Source: Thermoplasmatota archaeon
GTDB lineage: Archaea > Thermoplasmatota > Thermoplasmata > UBA10834
DNA length: 64,000 nt
Assembly (NCBI GenBank): GCA_040751795.1
Contig: JBFMHR010000001.1
Coordinates: 384,001-448,000 of the forward strand
Direction of reading: 5' to 3'
The notes under the pieces are model-generated. The model searched no databases. It had not been told where the DNA came from and worked only from the letters and a program-made list of their open reading frames with translations. Below, piece by piece: positions 9,217 to 17,772 of the stretch. Within the stretch, counting starts at the first letter, position 1, and every line of letters begins with the position of its first letter. A program made the position numbers and the translations under genes.

Positions 9217-9717
9217 ATGATTAACTGGAAATTCTACCCGTTGGCCGAGAGGATTCCTCCCCATCTCGTGAAGGTCATCGAGGTTCTCGAGGGCAAGTCG
9301 GATCACATCTCTTCATCCGATCATGAGCTGAACAGCAACGATGTACTCGCGACGTTGAGAGAAGATCTCGAACACCTGGGATACATAGTCGAGAGAGGAT
9401 CCAAAGACAGGATCAGAATGCCCGTCCTATACGGAGAGAACGGAAAGGTGGAGAAATCCTTCGACGTCGATGCCTACGATGAGTCGACCGGAACAGTCAT
9501 CGAGGTAGAGGCCGGAAGGGGAGTGACGAATCATCAGTTCCTGAAGGATTTCTTCGAAGCATGTACGATGCATGATGTGGAGTACTGCACGATTGCCGTT
9601 CGGAACACCTACCTACGGCGCTCGGATTTCAAAGCTGTCGCCTCGTTCATGGATGCCCTGTACGCGAGCGGCAGAATCTCACTGCCGCTGAAGGGTCTAC
9701 TCGTGATCGGATATTGA
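9217..9717 (+). CDS. Restriction-endonuclease-fold (PD-(D/E)xK-like, BglII/BstYI-type) nuclease
   Basis: FDVDAY...VIEVEAG...FLKDF pattern of acidic catalytic residues; ATG 9217 (MINWKFYP). Confidence 0.6.
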   Translation: MINWKFYPLAERIPPHLVKVIEVLEGKSDHISSSDHELNSNDVLATLREDLEHLGYIVERGSKDRIRMPVLYGENGKVEKSFDVDAYDESTGTVIEVEAGRGVTNHQFLKDFFEACTMHDVEYCTIAVRNTYLRRSDFKAVASFMDALYASGRISLPLKGLLVIGY

Positions 9718-9819
9718 ACATGTTCTAAGACAGGTCCACCGTCGTCGAGAATATCTGCTATTTTCACGCTGCCCGGGCAACCCTCATATAAGTGAATAGC
9801 CGATTCTCGAGATGGTGAA

Positions 9820-10068
9820 ATGATGACCGTGGGACGAGATCTTCGGATGTACTCATCGGACGAAGTCAGGAAGTGGGCAAAGAAGAAGAAACTGAGCCCC
9901 GGAAAGGTAAGAGGCACAAAGGATGGAATCCAATTCGTTGCGATCGGTGGCAGCGACAAGATCGAGGAAATTGAGTGGGAACTCTTCGATGCGGTGCTCA
10001 AGAAGAAGCGACTCGCTGTCTATGGCACGAGAGAGGGTTGGATGCGCATAATGAGGAGAAAGACCTAG
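9820..10068 (+). CDS. Small basic protein, homologue of host gene 3947-4180
   Basis: KWAKKKKLSPGKVRGTKDGIQF...IEWELF...LAVY...GWMRIM aligns end to end with the host copy; GGTGA RBS. Confidence 0.8.
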   Translation: MMTVGRDLRMYSSDEVRKWAKKKKLSPGKVRGTKDGIQFVAIGGSDKIEEIEWELFDAVLKKKRLAVYGTREGWMRIMRRKT

Positions 10069-10111
10069 AATCGTGGACTGAAGAAGTCTAATATGCCCTC
10101 ATTGCATTGGG

Positions 10112-12268
10112 ATGTGCAGAATGCCTGTGCCAGCAAGTTCGACAGAGGCGGTCGTTCAGCAGTCGTTTCCGACAGAGCATGGATCTGTGGAAGGACTTCG
10201 TTGTGAGTCTAGGTGCAAGACGCACAAGCACGACCCCTGGGGCAAGTGGCCATCCACCACGAAGATCGTGATCCCCATTCTTGCAGAGCACCCCTGTTAT
10301 GACCGCACCTGGGGCCTGGAACCCAGAGACGGACGCTGGAAGACCAGGCTTGCCGACTCCATCGAGCGTCGTAGGAGACGCATCCCGTCTGGAACAAGGG
10401 ATCGTCAGGAGATCCTCGATGCTATCGACAGAGTGACCCTCAGGACGTATCATGCAGCTAGAGTACTGCAGACCCATTTCAACAACCCGTCGCATGAGAA
10501 CTACCGGGATCCATTTCTCGAGACAATGTACATAATGCTCACTTGGAGGACCAGGATCCCCGACGCCAGAGCCCGTTTGAGGGACATAATGGACTCCTTC
10601 AAGGGCCCGCGTGCGCTCCTCAGCGAAGATGGACTCCTGCTCCTCAGGAACATCATCAAGAGGTCAGGTTTCTCTGGAAAGAGACCTGAGATGATTACGG
10701 AACTGACGAGACGATTCATCGAAGAGTTCCCTGACGGCGACACGCAGGTGATGAGAGCCTGGAAGGACGACGAGATCATCCGGTTCCTGACAAGCATGCC
10801 AGGGATCGGTTTGAAGTCTGCCCTTTGCGTGATGATGTACTCCCTAGATAGAGATCGATTTCCGATAGACACCCACGTTGGACGTGTGCTCAAGAGAACT
10901 CAGATGCTCAGAGAGCTTGTCACGGTGGGACAGGACACGGATCACAAGACCGTCCAGGCAACGGCAGAATTCGCGGCGCCTCCGAGCGCGAGGATGGCGA
11001 TTCATGCAGGATTGGTGTCACTCGGTCAGACGATATGCAGAGTCGGTACACCGTCTTGCGGCAAGTGCCCGATCAGACATGTCTGTGAGTATTACAGAAT
11101 GATGACCATTGAGAACACTGAGGGTGCGCTCTACAGTCACGTCGACCTATTCTGCGGGGCCGGAGGCTTCTCTGAGGGGTTCTCGAAGGAGAGGTTCAGG
11201 ACGGTTCTCGCTGTTGACTTCGACCAAGACGCGTGCGAGACGTTCAGAATGAACCATCCGGGGATTCCCGAAGAGAACGTTGTGTGCGAGGATCTGGCCC
11301 GACGCCAAGTGAAGACATTCATCAAGAATCACATCAGAGGACGCGAACAACTCAGACCGGGAGCTGTCGACGTTCTCACAGCAGGAATTCCTTGTCAGGG
11401 ATTCAGCAAGGCTGGCTACAGGTCACGACCCGGTCTGAGATATGAACCACTCAAAGATCCAAGGAATCTACTCTACAGGCGCGTGCTTCTCTGGATTCGG
11501 GATCTCAAACCGAGATACATCGTTCTGGAGAACGTCCCCGAGATCAGATCAGCAGGTGGCAAAGAGGCTAGCATTCTCGACACGATCTGCCGTTCCCTGG
11601 GCAAGCTTGGGTACCGGGTAGACAGCGGCGTCGTCAATGCTCGAGACCATCGGGTCCCGCAGACGAGGTACCGCATGATTGTCATTGCATCCCATCAGTC
11701 GGTTCCCGAGGTGAAGATAGAGGATCTAGGAGGACACGGAAAGAAGGGATCGACCCTCGGAAGAGCGATAGGAGATCTCCCTCCGCTGACCGACAGTGGG
11801 AACCCATACTATCTCAACTGGTCTGGCTCAGTCCTGACAGGTCATGTTTCCAGATCCAACAATGATGATGACCTAGAGATATTCGAGGCCCTTGAACCGG
11901 GGGAGAAGTACCAAGACTTCGCGAAGAGAAGAAAGGATATACTGCAGGCCAGGCGAAGACGCGGGAAGCATGCAGTCTACGGTACCAGGAGCTTCGAAGA
12001 CAAGTACTACAAGCTCGATCCAGATAGTCCATCAAGAACCATCGTCGCCCATCTGCACAAGGATGGAAACGGCTACATCCACCCATTCCAAACACGGTCG
12101 ATCTCAATCCGTGAGGCAATGCGCCTCCAAGGATTCCCCGATGACTACATATTCTGTGGAAGCGCCACCAGACAGTATATCCAGATCGGAAATGCTGTCC
12201 CCCCGCCTCTGGCAAGAGATATCGCGCGCCTCCTAGCCCAGAATCTCAACTCCGCATGGAGAGTGTGA
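10112..12268 (+). CDS. Fusion of HhH-GPD (EndoIII-like) DNA glycosylase/lyase with [4Fe-4S] and C5-cytosine DNA methyltransferase
   Basis: N-terminal part has HhH PGIGLKSA...FPIDTHV (K and D 18 aa apart) and CRVGTPSCGKCPIRHVC (Cx6Cx2Cx5C). It continues in frame into MTase motifs DLFCGAGG, GIPCQGFS, ENV, QTRYR, REAMRLQGFPDDY and QIGNAVPP. Confidence 0.92.
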   Translation: MCRMPVPASSTEAVVQQSFPTEHGSVEGLRCESRCKTHKHDPWGKWPSTTKIVIPILAEHPCYDRTWGLEPRDGRWKTRLADSIERRRRRIPSGTRDRQEILDAIDRVTLRTYHAARVLQTHFNNPSHENYRDPFLETMYIMLTWRTRIPDARARLRDIMDSFKGPRALLSEDGLLLLRNIIKRSGFSGKRPEMITELTRRFIEEFPDGDTQVMRAWKDDEIIRFLTSMPGIGLKSALCVMMYSLDRDRFPIDTHVGRVLKRTQMLRELVTVGQDTDHKTVQATAEFAAPPSARMAIHAGLVSLGQTICRVGTPSCGKCPIRHVCEYYRMMTIENTEGALYSHVDLFCGAGGFSEGFSKERFRTVLAVDFDQDACETFRMNHPGIPEENVVCEDLARRQVKTFIKNHIRGREQLRPGAVDVLTAGIPCQGFSKAGYRSRPGLRYEPLKDPRNLLYRRVLLWIRDLKPRYIVLENVPEIRSAGGKEASILDTICRSLGKLGYRVDSGVVNARDHRVPQTRYRMIVIASHQSVPEVKIEDLGGHGKKGSTLGRAIGDLPPLTDSGNPYYLNWSGSVLTGHVSRSNNDDDLEIFEALEPGEKYQDFAKRRKDILQARRRRGKHAVYGTRSFEDKYYKLDPDSPSRTIVAHLHKDGNGYIHPFQTRSISIREAMRLQGFPDDYIFCGSATRQYIQIGNAVPPPLARDIARLLAQNLNSAWRV

Positions 12269-12447
12269 CCGTCAAGCGATGATGGATTGACTGCATGATT
12301 CGTTCTCCGTCATAACACTGTTGTTTTACTCACTGAAATCAATATATCAGACTAGGCGATACGGGAGATGGTCGAACATGAAGACCGGCGGAGTGGTCTG
12401 GTCACCATACCTGCTACGCGGTCCGTGGGAGCCAATGAAGGGGGAAT

Positions 12448-13959
12448 ATGGCAGAGTACGAGGAGATACCTCCGAGAGCAGATGCGATGGTCGCGTCAAT
12501 GCGAGCTATCGGATACGACCTCTCAATGGCCATCGCAGATATCATAGACAATAGCATCTTCGCCGGAGCCAAGAACATACAAGTCGATTTTGACTGGGCA
12601 GATGGGAGCCCCTGGATACGAATCACAGATGACGGAAGGGGCATGAGTGACGAAGAGCTGCGCGAGGCCATGCGCCTTGGAGGCAAGGGCCCGAATGACA
12701 TCAGAGATCCTGAGGATCTTGGAAGGTTCGGTCTCGGACTCAAGACTGCCTCATTCTCACAGTGCCGGATCCTCACCGTCAGCACCAAGGTAGCAGGCGG
12801 GAGAACATCGACAAGGTGCTGGGACCTTGACGTTATAGAACACACAAAGAAGTGGCAGCTCAGGCTCCTGCCACCAGAAGACGCGGAGCCACTGCTAGAC
12901 GACCTGCTCGAAGTGGATAGCGGTACCGTTGTCCTCTGGCAGAGGCTCGACAGGGTCATCGATGGGCCCGACGATATCACCGATGGTGAGACAATCTTCC
13001 GGAAGAAGTTCATCGATGTTGGCAGACATCTCGAGATGGTCTTCCATAGATACCTGAGCGGGCCTGGTAAAATGGATATCTCGATAGGGAGGACCCCTCT
13101 GAGGCCATGGGATCCGTACCTTCTCACCAACCAATTCACACAGGAACTCTCGACCGAGAAGTACGAAGATGGCTCCATAAGGATCATTCCATACGTCCTT
13201 CCGCATGTGTCTAAACGGACTGCAACCGAGACGGCAGCCGGGGCCGGAGTGAAGGGTTGGAACGCACAGCAGGGATTCTACGTATACAGGAATCGTCGGA
13301 TGATAATCTCAGGAGGCTACCTCGACTTCGACATAAAGCCCGAGGAACACTACAAACTTGCCAGAATCATGGTAGACCTGAAGAATAACATGGATAGCGA
13401 ATGGAGGATCGACGTGCGCAAGGCAGTGGCCATCCCTCCAGACCGGCTCAGATCACAGCTCGAGAAGGTAGCCAGAGCAGCAAGAGAAGAGGCGGTCAAG
13501 GTCTACAGGGCAAGAACTGGCCGAGGTAGGAAAGCTGCGCGAACGAACACGCAGGAAGTATGGATCAAAAGGCGAAGAGGTGACAAAATCATCTACGAGA
13601 TCAACCGTGAGAACGAGGCAACCAAGAGGATCCTTGCGGAGATCTCTCCGCCGGAGCGTTGGGTGAAGAAACTCTTCGGGACAATCGAACGAACAGTACC
13701 ACACAGGGAAATCATCATAGACTCGTGTGACAACGAGGACTGTCATGTGGATCTGCCTCCCGAGACAAGCCCACCAGATCGAGGTCTCATCGACATGTGC
13801 ATCGAGATCTACGAAGAGATGAAAGCGAACGGGAGATCTCATGAGGAAGCGTCGGAATATGTTCTTTCTATAGAGCCATTCAATACACATCCATCATTCA
13901 GAGCGACTCTGGACAGTCTCGCAGAGGAGGCAAGCTTACGAACACAAAGAACGAGATGA
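12448..13959 (+). CDS. GHKL/MORC-like ATPase (HATPase_c_3)
   Basis: ADIIDNS, DDGRGM and GRFGLGLKTAS motifs; S5-like second domain with GFYVYRNRR. Confidence 0.9.
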   Translation: MAEYEEIPPRADAMVASMRAIGYDLSMAIADIIDNSIFAGAKNIQVDFDWADGSPWIRITDDGRGMSDEELREAMRLGGKGPNDIRDPEDLGRFGLGLKTASFSQCRILTVSTKVAGGRTSTRCWDLDVIEHTKKWQLRLLPPEDAEPLLDDLLEVDSGTVVLWQRLDRVIDGPDDITDGETIFRKKFIDVGRHLEMVFHRYLSGPGKMDISIGRTPLRPWDPYLLTNQFTQELSTEKYEDGSIRIIPYVLPHVSKRTATETAAGAGVKGWNAQQGFYVYRNRRMIISGGYLDFDIKPEEHYKLARIMVDLKNNMDSEWRIDVRKAVAIPPDRLRSQLEKVARAAREEAVKVYRARTGRGRKAARTNTQEVWIKRRRGDKIIYEINRENEATKRILAEISPPERWVKKLFGTIERTVPHREIIIDSCDNEDCHVDLPPETSPPDRGLIDMCIEIYEEMKANGRSHEEASEYVLSIEPFNTHPSFRATLDSLAEEASLRTQRTR

Positions 13960-16760
13960 TCATTGGCATGTCCCATGCCTGGTTCAGGGACAAGAATGTC
14001 GGACAGCAGGAGATCAGGGACTTCATCGTTAAGATGAGGGGTCTCTTCCCAGATCATGACTTGGACGAGGAATCACTTTTCAGGCAACTCGAGTCGATCC
14101 ACTCCGTCAGGATTGGACGAGAGACCACACTTGACGACAAGAGGGACCACGTTGAATGGTTGAACCCGTCGACGGGAGAGGGACTGAAACGAGAGATTGA
14201 CTGGCACTTCTGGGGCCATTACAGTGACTACCTCTCGGTTGCCAAGGGATGGCCAAGAAACATGGTTCACAGTATCGATAGTCTATCTAGCCAGGTCTTG
14301 TCTAGACTTGAGGATCCTCAGAGACCCGGCCCATGGGACCGCCGAGGGATGGTCATGGGGAGTGTCCAATCCGGGAAGACCGCCAATTACACTGCACTCA
14401 TCACGAAGGCCGCCGACGCAGGCTACAAGTTCATCGTAGTCCTCGCAGGCGTGCACGACAGTCTGAGAAGTCAGACCCAGACGAGACTGAACGAGGAATT
14501 CCTCGGCTACGACATTGACAGAGTGAGGAAGCTCACGGGAGGCGAACGACGGATCGGCGTCCGCGAGATGTTCCCGAATCACAATCCAGTCTACACGCTT
14601 ACGAGCAGTGACCAGAAGGGCGACTTCAGCAAGGTGGTTGCGTCACAGAGCGGCATCTTTCCGAGCGTTGATGGCCACCCGATAATTCTCGTCATAAAGA
14701 AGAACGTCAGCATCCTTCGCAATCTCTACACATGGATACCTTCGGTCATCAGCCAGACAGACACCACAGGGCGGAAACTCATAAGGGACATCCCACTGCT
14801 ACTCATCGACGACGAATGTGATTTCGCGTCAATCAACACGAAGCAGCCGGAGAAGGACGAGAACGGGAAGATAATCGAAGAATGGGATCCCACTGCCATC
14901 AACCGGCTCATACGGCAGCTGCTGCGCCTCTTCGACAAGTGTTCATACGTAGGCTACACCGCAACACCCTATGCCAATGTCTTCATCCACATTGATGATA
15001 CTCACCCCCGCTATGGAGAAGACCTCTTCCCGAGAAGCTTCATCGTCAGCCTGCCGCAGCCAAGCAACTACATGGGCCCGGAGAAGGTATTCGGCTTCGA
15101 TGAGGCCGACCGGGCCGTGACTGCATCCGAACCACTGCCCCTTGTGCGCCTTGTCGACGATCAATCTGCGTGCATACCCGAGGGACACGACAAGGAGCTC
15201 ATCGTGGAGGATCTGCCTCACAGCCTCAAGCTCGCCATGAGATACTTCCTGCTCAGTTGTGCGGAGCGACGACTCCGCGCTGAGGGAGTGCCACACAATT
15301 CGATGCTGATCCATGTCACGAGATTCACAGCGGTTCAACAGCAGATCAAGGATCTTGTCGACAGAGAACTGAAAGAGCTGGCATCAAGAATAATGAGCAG
15401 AGACCCGCTCGCGGACTTCCGCGAGATATGGGATAATGACTTCATCCCGACCTCACGTGAGATGACAGATCGTGGATACAGAGACTCATCGACCCACGAC
15501 TGGGATGACATCGAGAAGAGCCTCGGAGTCATCGCGAGAGTCATGAATGTCAGATTGATAAACGGAACCGTGAGAGATGCGCTTGACTACAAGGACGCCG
15601 AGATCGCAGCCACCAGCCGTAGAAGAAGTGGCGAGGAGGTCCCATGGGAGGAGAGAGGCCTGAGCACCATCGTAATTGGAGGCGACAAACTCTCAAGAGG
15701 ACTGACACTCGAGGGACTCACGGTGAGCTACTACCTCAGAGCTTCAACCCTGTACGACACACTGATGCAGATGGGAAGGTGGTTTGGATACAGGAGAGGA
15801 TACTCCGATCTCTGCAGGATATTCACGACGGAGGAACTGGTGTCATCATACCAACACATCGCGCTAGCTACAAGGGAACTCAGGGAGGATATCGAGTACA
15901 TGTCGGAGCTCAGACTCACCCCGAGTGAGTTCGGCCTCAAGGTCAGGAGCCATCCTGGTCGACTAGCCGTGACATCATTGGGGAAGTCGAGGAACAAACA
16001 GAAAGTCTCCCTCTCCTACGAGGGACATATATCCGAGACGGTTGCTTTCAACCCGAGGAATTCACGAACCAACGTCCAGTCTCTCACCAGACTGATATCC
16101 GACATTGACAGGAAACCTGACTTCGAACATGACACGAAGAGGAGATACCACTGGACGGATGTTCCTCCCGAGAGAGTGCTTTCATTCCTCGGCAGGTACA
16201 AGAGTCACTCGGTGGGGACGAGACTCGTCGATCCCAGGGCTATTGCAGGGTACATCGAGAAGCAGAACCTCCAAGGTGAGCTCGTCACATGGAATGTCGT
16301 GGTCGTCTCGAAGGAAGTTGCCAGCGGACCCGATGACGAGGACGCGACGCACTTTCTCTCAGTCGGAGGCTATGACGTGACCTGCGTGACGAGGAAAGCA
16401 CTGAAGGTGAGTGCTGACAAGATATCGATCCGCAGGCTCGTCAGTCCAGCCGACGAGGCGCTCGATCTGTCCCGAGATGAAATCGAGAAGGCGAGGATCA
16501 TCGACGGGGCGAAGTCAGGGAAGCAGCCCTCCGAGATTGGCCTCCCATCTGGGCCGTCGATCAGACAGGCGAGACCAAAGGAACGAGGTCTGCTGCTAGT
16601 CTATGTCATCTCTGGAAGAGATGATGCGGGTACAATCTACGGCGACGAGGGGCACGAGGTTGTGGGTTTCGCCGTCAGTTTCCCCAAGAGCATGACCGCG
16701 GAGCCAATTGAGTACTGGGTCAACCCTGTATATCAGGAAGAGGACCAGCACTACACCTGA
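13956..16760 (+). CDS. Z1-domain protein (SF2 helicase-like nuclease subunit)
   Basis: GSVQSGKT, IDDECD, GYTATP, LSRGLTLEGL and DTLMQMGRWFGYR motifs; 4-bp overlap with the upstream gene. Confidence 0.92.
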   Translation: MIIGMSHAWFRDKNVGQQEIRDFIVKMRGLFPDHDLDEESLFRQLESIHSVRIGRETTLDDKRDHVEWLNPSTGEGLKREIDWHFWGHYSDYLSVAKGWPRNMVHSIDSLSSQVLSRLEDPQRPGPWDRRGMVMGSVQSGKTANYTALITKAADAGYKFIVVLAGVHDSLRSQTQTRLNEEFLGYDIDRVRKLTGGERRIGVREMFPNHNPVYTLTSSDQKGDFSKVVASQSGIFPSVDGHPIILVIKKNVSILRNLYTWIPSVISQTDTTGRKLIRDIPLLLIDDECDFASINTKQPEKDENGKIIEEWDPTAINRLIRQLLRLFDKCSYVGYTATPYANVFIHIDDTHPRYGEDLFPRSFIVSLPQPSNYMGPEKVFGFDEADRAVTASEPLPLVRLVDDQSACIPEGHDKELIVEDLPHSLKLAMRYFLLSCAERRLRAEGVPHNSMLIHVTRFTAVQQQIKDLVDRELKELASRIMSRDPLADFREIWDNDFIPTSREMTDRGYRDSSTHDWDDIEKSLGVIARVMNVRLINGTVRDALDYKDAEIAATSRRRSGEEVPWEERGLSTIVIGGDKLSRGLTLEGLTVSYYLRASTLYDTLMQMGRWFGYRRGYSDLCRIFTTEELVSSYQHIALATRELREDIEYMSELRLTPSEFGLKVRSHPGRLAVTSLGKSRNKQKVSLSYEGHISETVAFNPRNSRTNVQSLTRLISDIDRKPDFEHDTKRRYHWTDVPPERVLSFLGRYKSHSVGTRLVDPRAIAGYIEKQNLQGELVTWNVVVVSKEVASGPDDEDATHFLSVGGYDVTCVTRKALKVSADKISIRRLVSPADEALDLSRDEIEKARIIDGAKSGKQPSEIGLPSGPSIRQARPKERGLLLVYVISGRDDAGTIYGDEGHEVVGFAVSFPKSMTAEPIEYWVNPVYQEEDQHYT

Positions 16761-16764
16761 TGGG

Positions 16765-17772
16765 GTGGCGGAAACGTTGCGTGATCTCGAATCAATCTGG
16801 AAGGAACTTGAGGGTCGATATGCCGGGGAAGATGGGGTCTATCGAAGACTCGATCTCGCACACGAAACAGGAATAAGAATGGCGGTACTCCATCCTGGTC
16901 GGACGTGGGCCATCTTGGTCGAAGTATCTCCAGAGGATGTCACCTCACTGATTCCACCTCGATGGCGTGGCATGGGGGTGAGCGTGCTGCCACACACGGG
17001 CCCGGTGCCGTCCATGAAACACATCTGCCTCTATGTGGAGGCGTTGGAGCATAGGCCAGTATTCACCGCCTTGTGTACCGACATAATCAGGACCCTTGAA
17101 TCGTCTTCCGTCGCGCAACGCATGGAAAATCTCCAACAGTGTTTTCTCCGCTGGTCAAGATTCTTCGAGAGGTGGAACCAGGAGGGAATGACGCTTGAAA
17201 GACAACGTGGACTGCTGGGTGAGCTCGAATTTCTCGACATGCTTCTGAGGCGTCAGATACCGATCTTCACATCAGTGTCCTCGTGGAAAGGGTGCGATGG
17301 AGGCGTACACGATTTTGCGCTCGGAAGGAATGCTATCGAAGTCAAGACCACGGTGATGAAGGAACCTCGCAAGGTACGAATCAACAGCGAACGGCAGCTA
17401 GATGATGGACATCTCGAATCGCTGGTCCTATTCGTAGTGACTCTTCAAGAAACTGAGGCAAACGGCGTTACCCTACCGGACAAGATATCGGAACTGAGGA
17501 AGGTGCTCGAGAATGATATGAATGCAGCCAGCCTTTTCGAAACTCATCTGATATCTTCAGGTTATGTCGATTCCGACGCTGAGAAGTACACGAGTGGTTA
17601 CGTGATCAAGAAGAAGGAGTCGTTCGCCATCAAGAACGGTTTCCCTAGGATAGTATCTCTCCCATCGGGTCTTGGCGACCTTCAGTACACCTTGACGCTG
17701 TCGGCATGTGAACCCTACAGAATCGACATCGACGAGATGATGAACACATTCACCGAAGGTGCAGGCAGATGA
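16765..17772 (+). CDS. PD-(D/E)xK motif protein (DUF4420-type)
   Basis: GLLGEL...W.G....HDF...IEVKTT...INSERQLD motifs; probable GTG start at 16765. Confidence 0.88.
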   Translation: MAETLRDLESIWKELEGRYAGEDGVYRRLDLAHETGIRMAVLHPGRTWAILVEVSPEDVTSLIPPRWRGMGVSVLPHTGPVPSMKHICLYVEALEHRPVFTALCTDIIRTLESSSVAQRMENLQQCFLRWSRFFERWNQEGMTLERQRGLLGELEFLDMLLRRQIPIFTSVSSWKGCDGGVHDFALGRNAIEVKTTVMKEPRKVRINSERQLDDGHLESLVLFVVTLQETEANGVTLPDKISELRKVLENDMNAASLFETHLISSGYVDSDAEKYTSGYVIKKKESFAIKNGFPRIVSLPSGLGDLQYTLTLSACEPYRIDIDEMMNTFTEGAGR

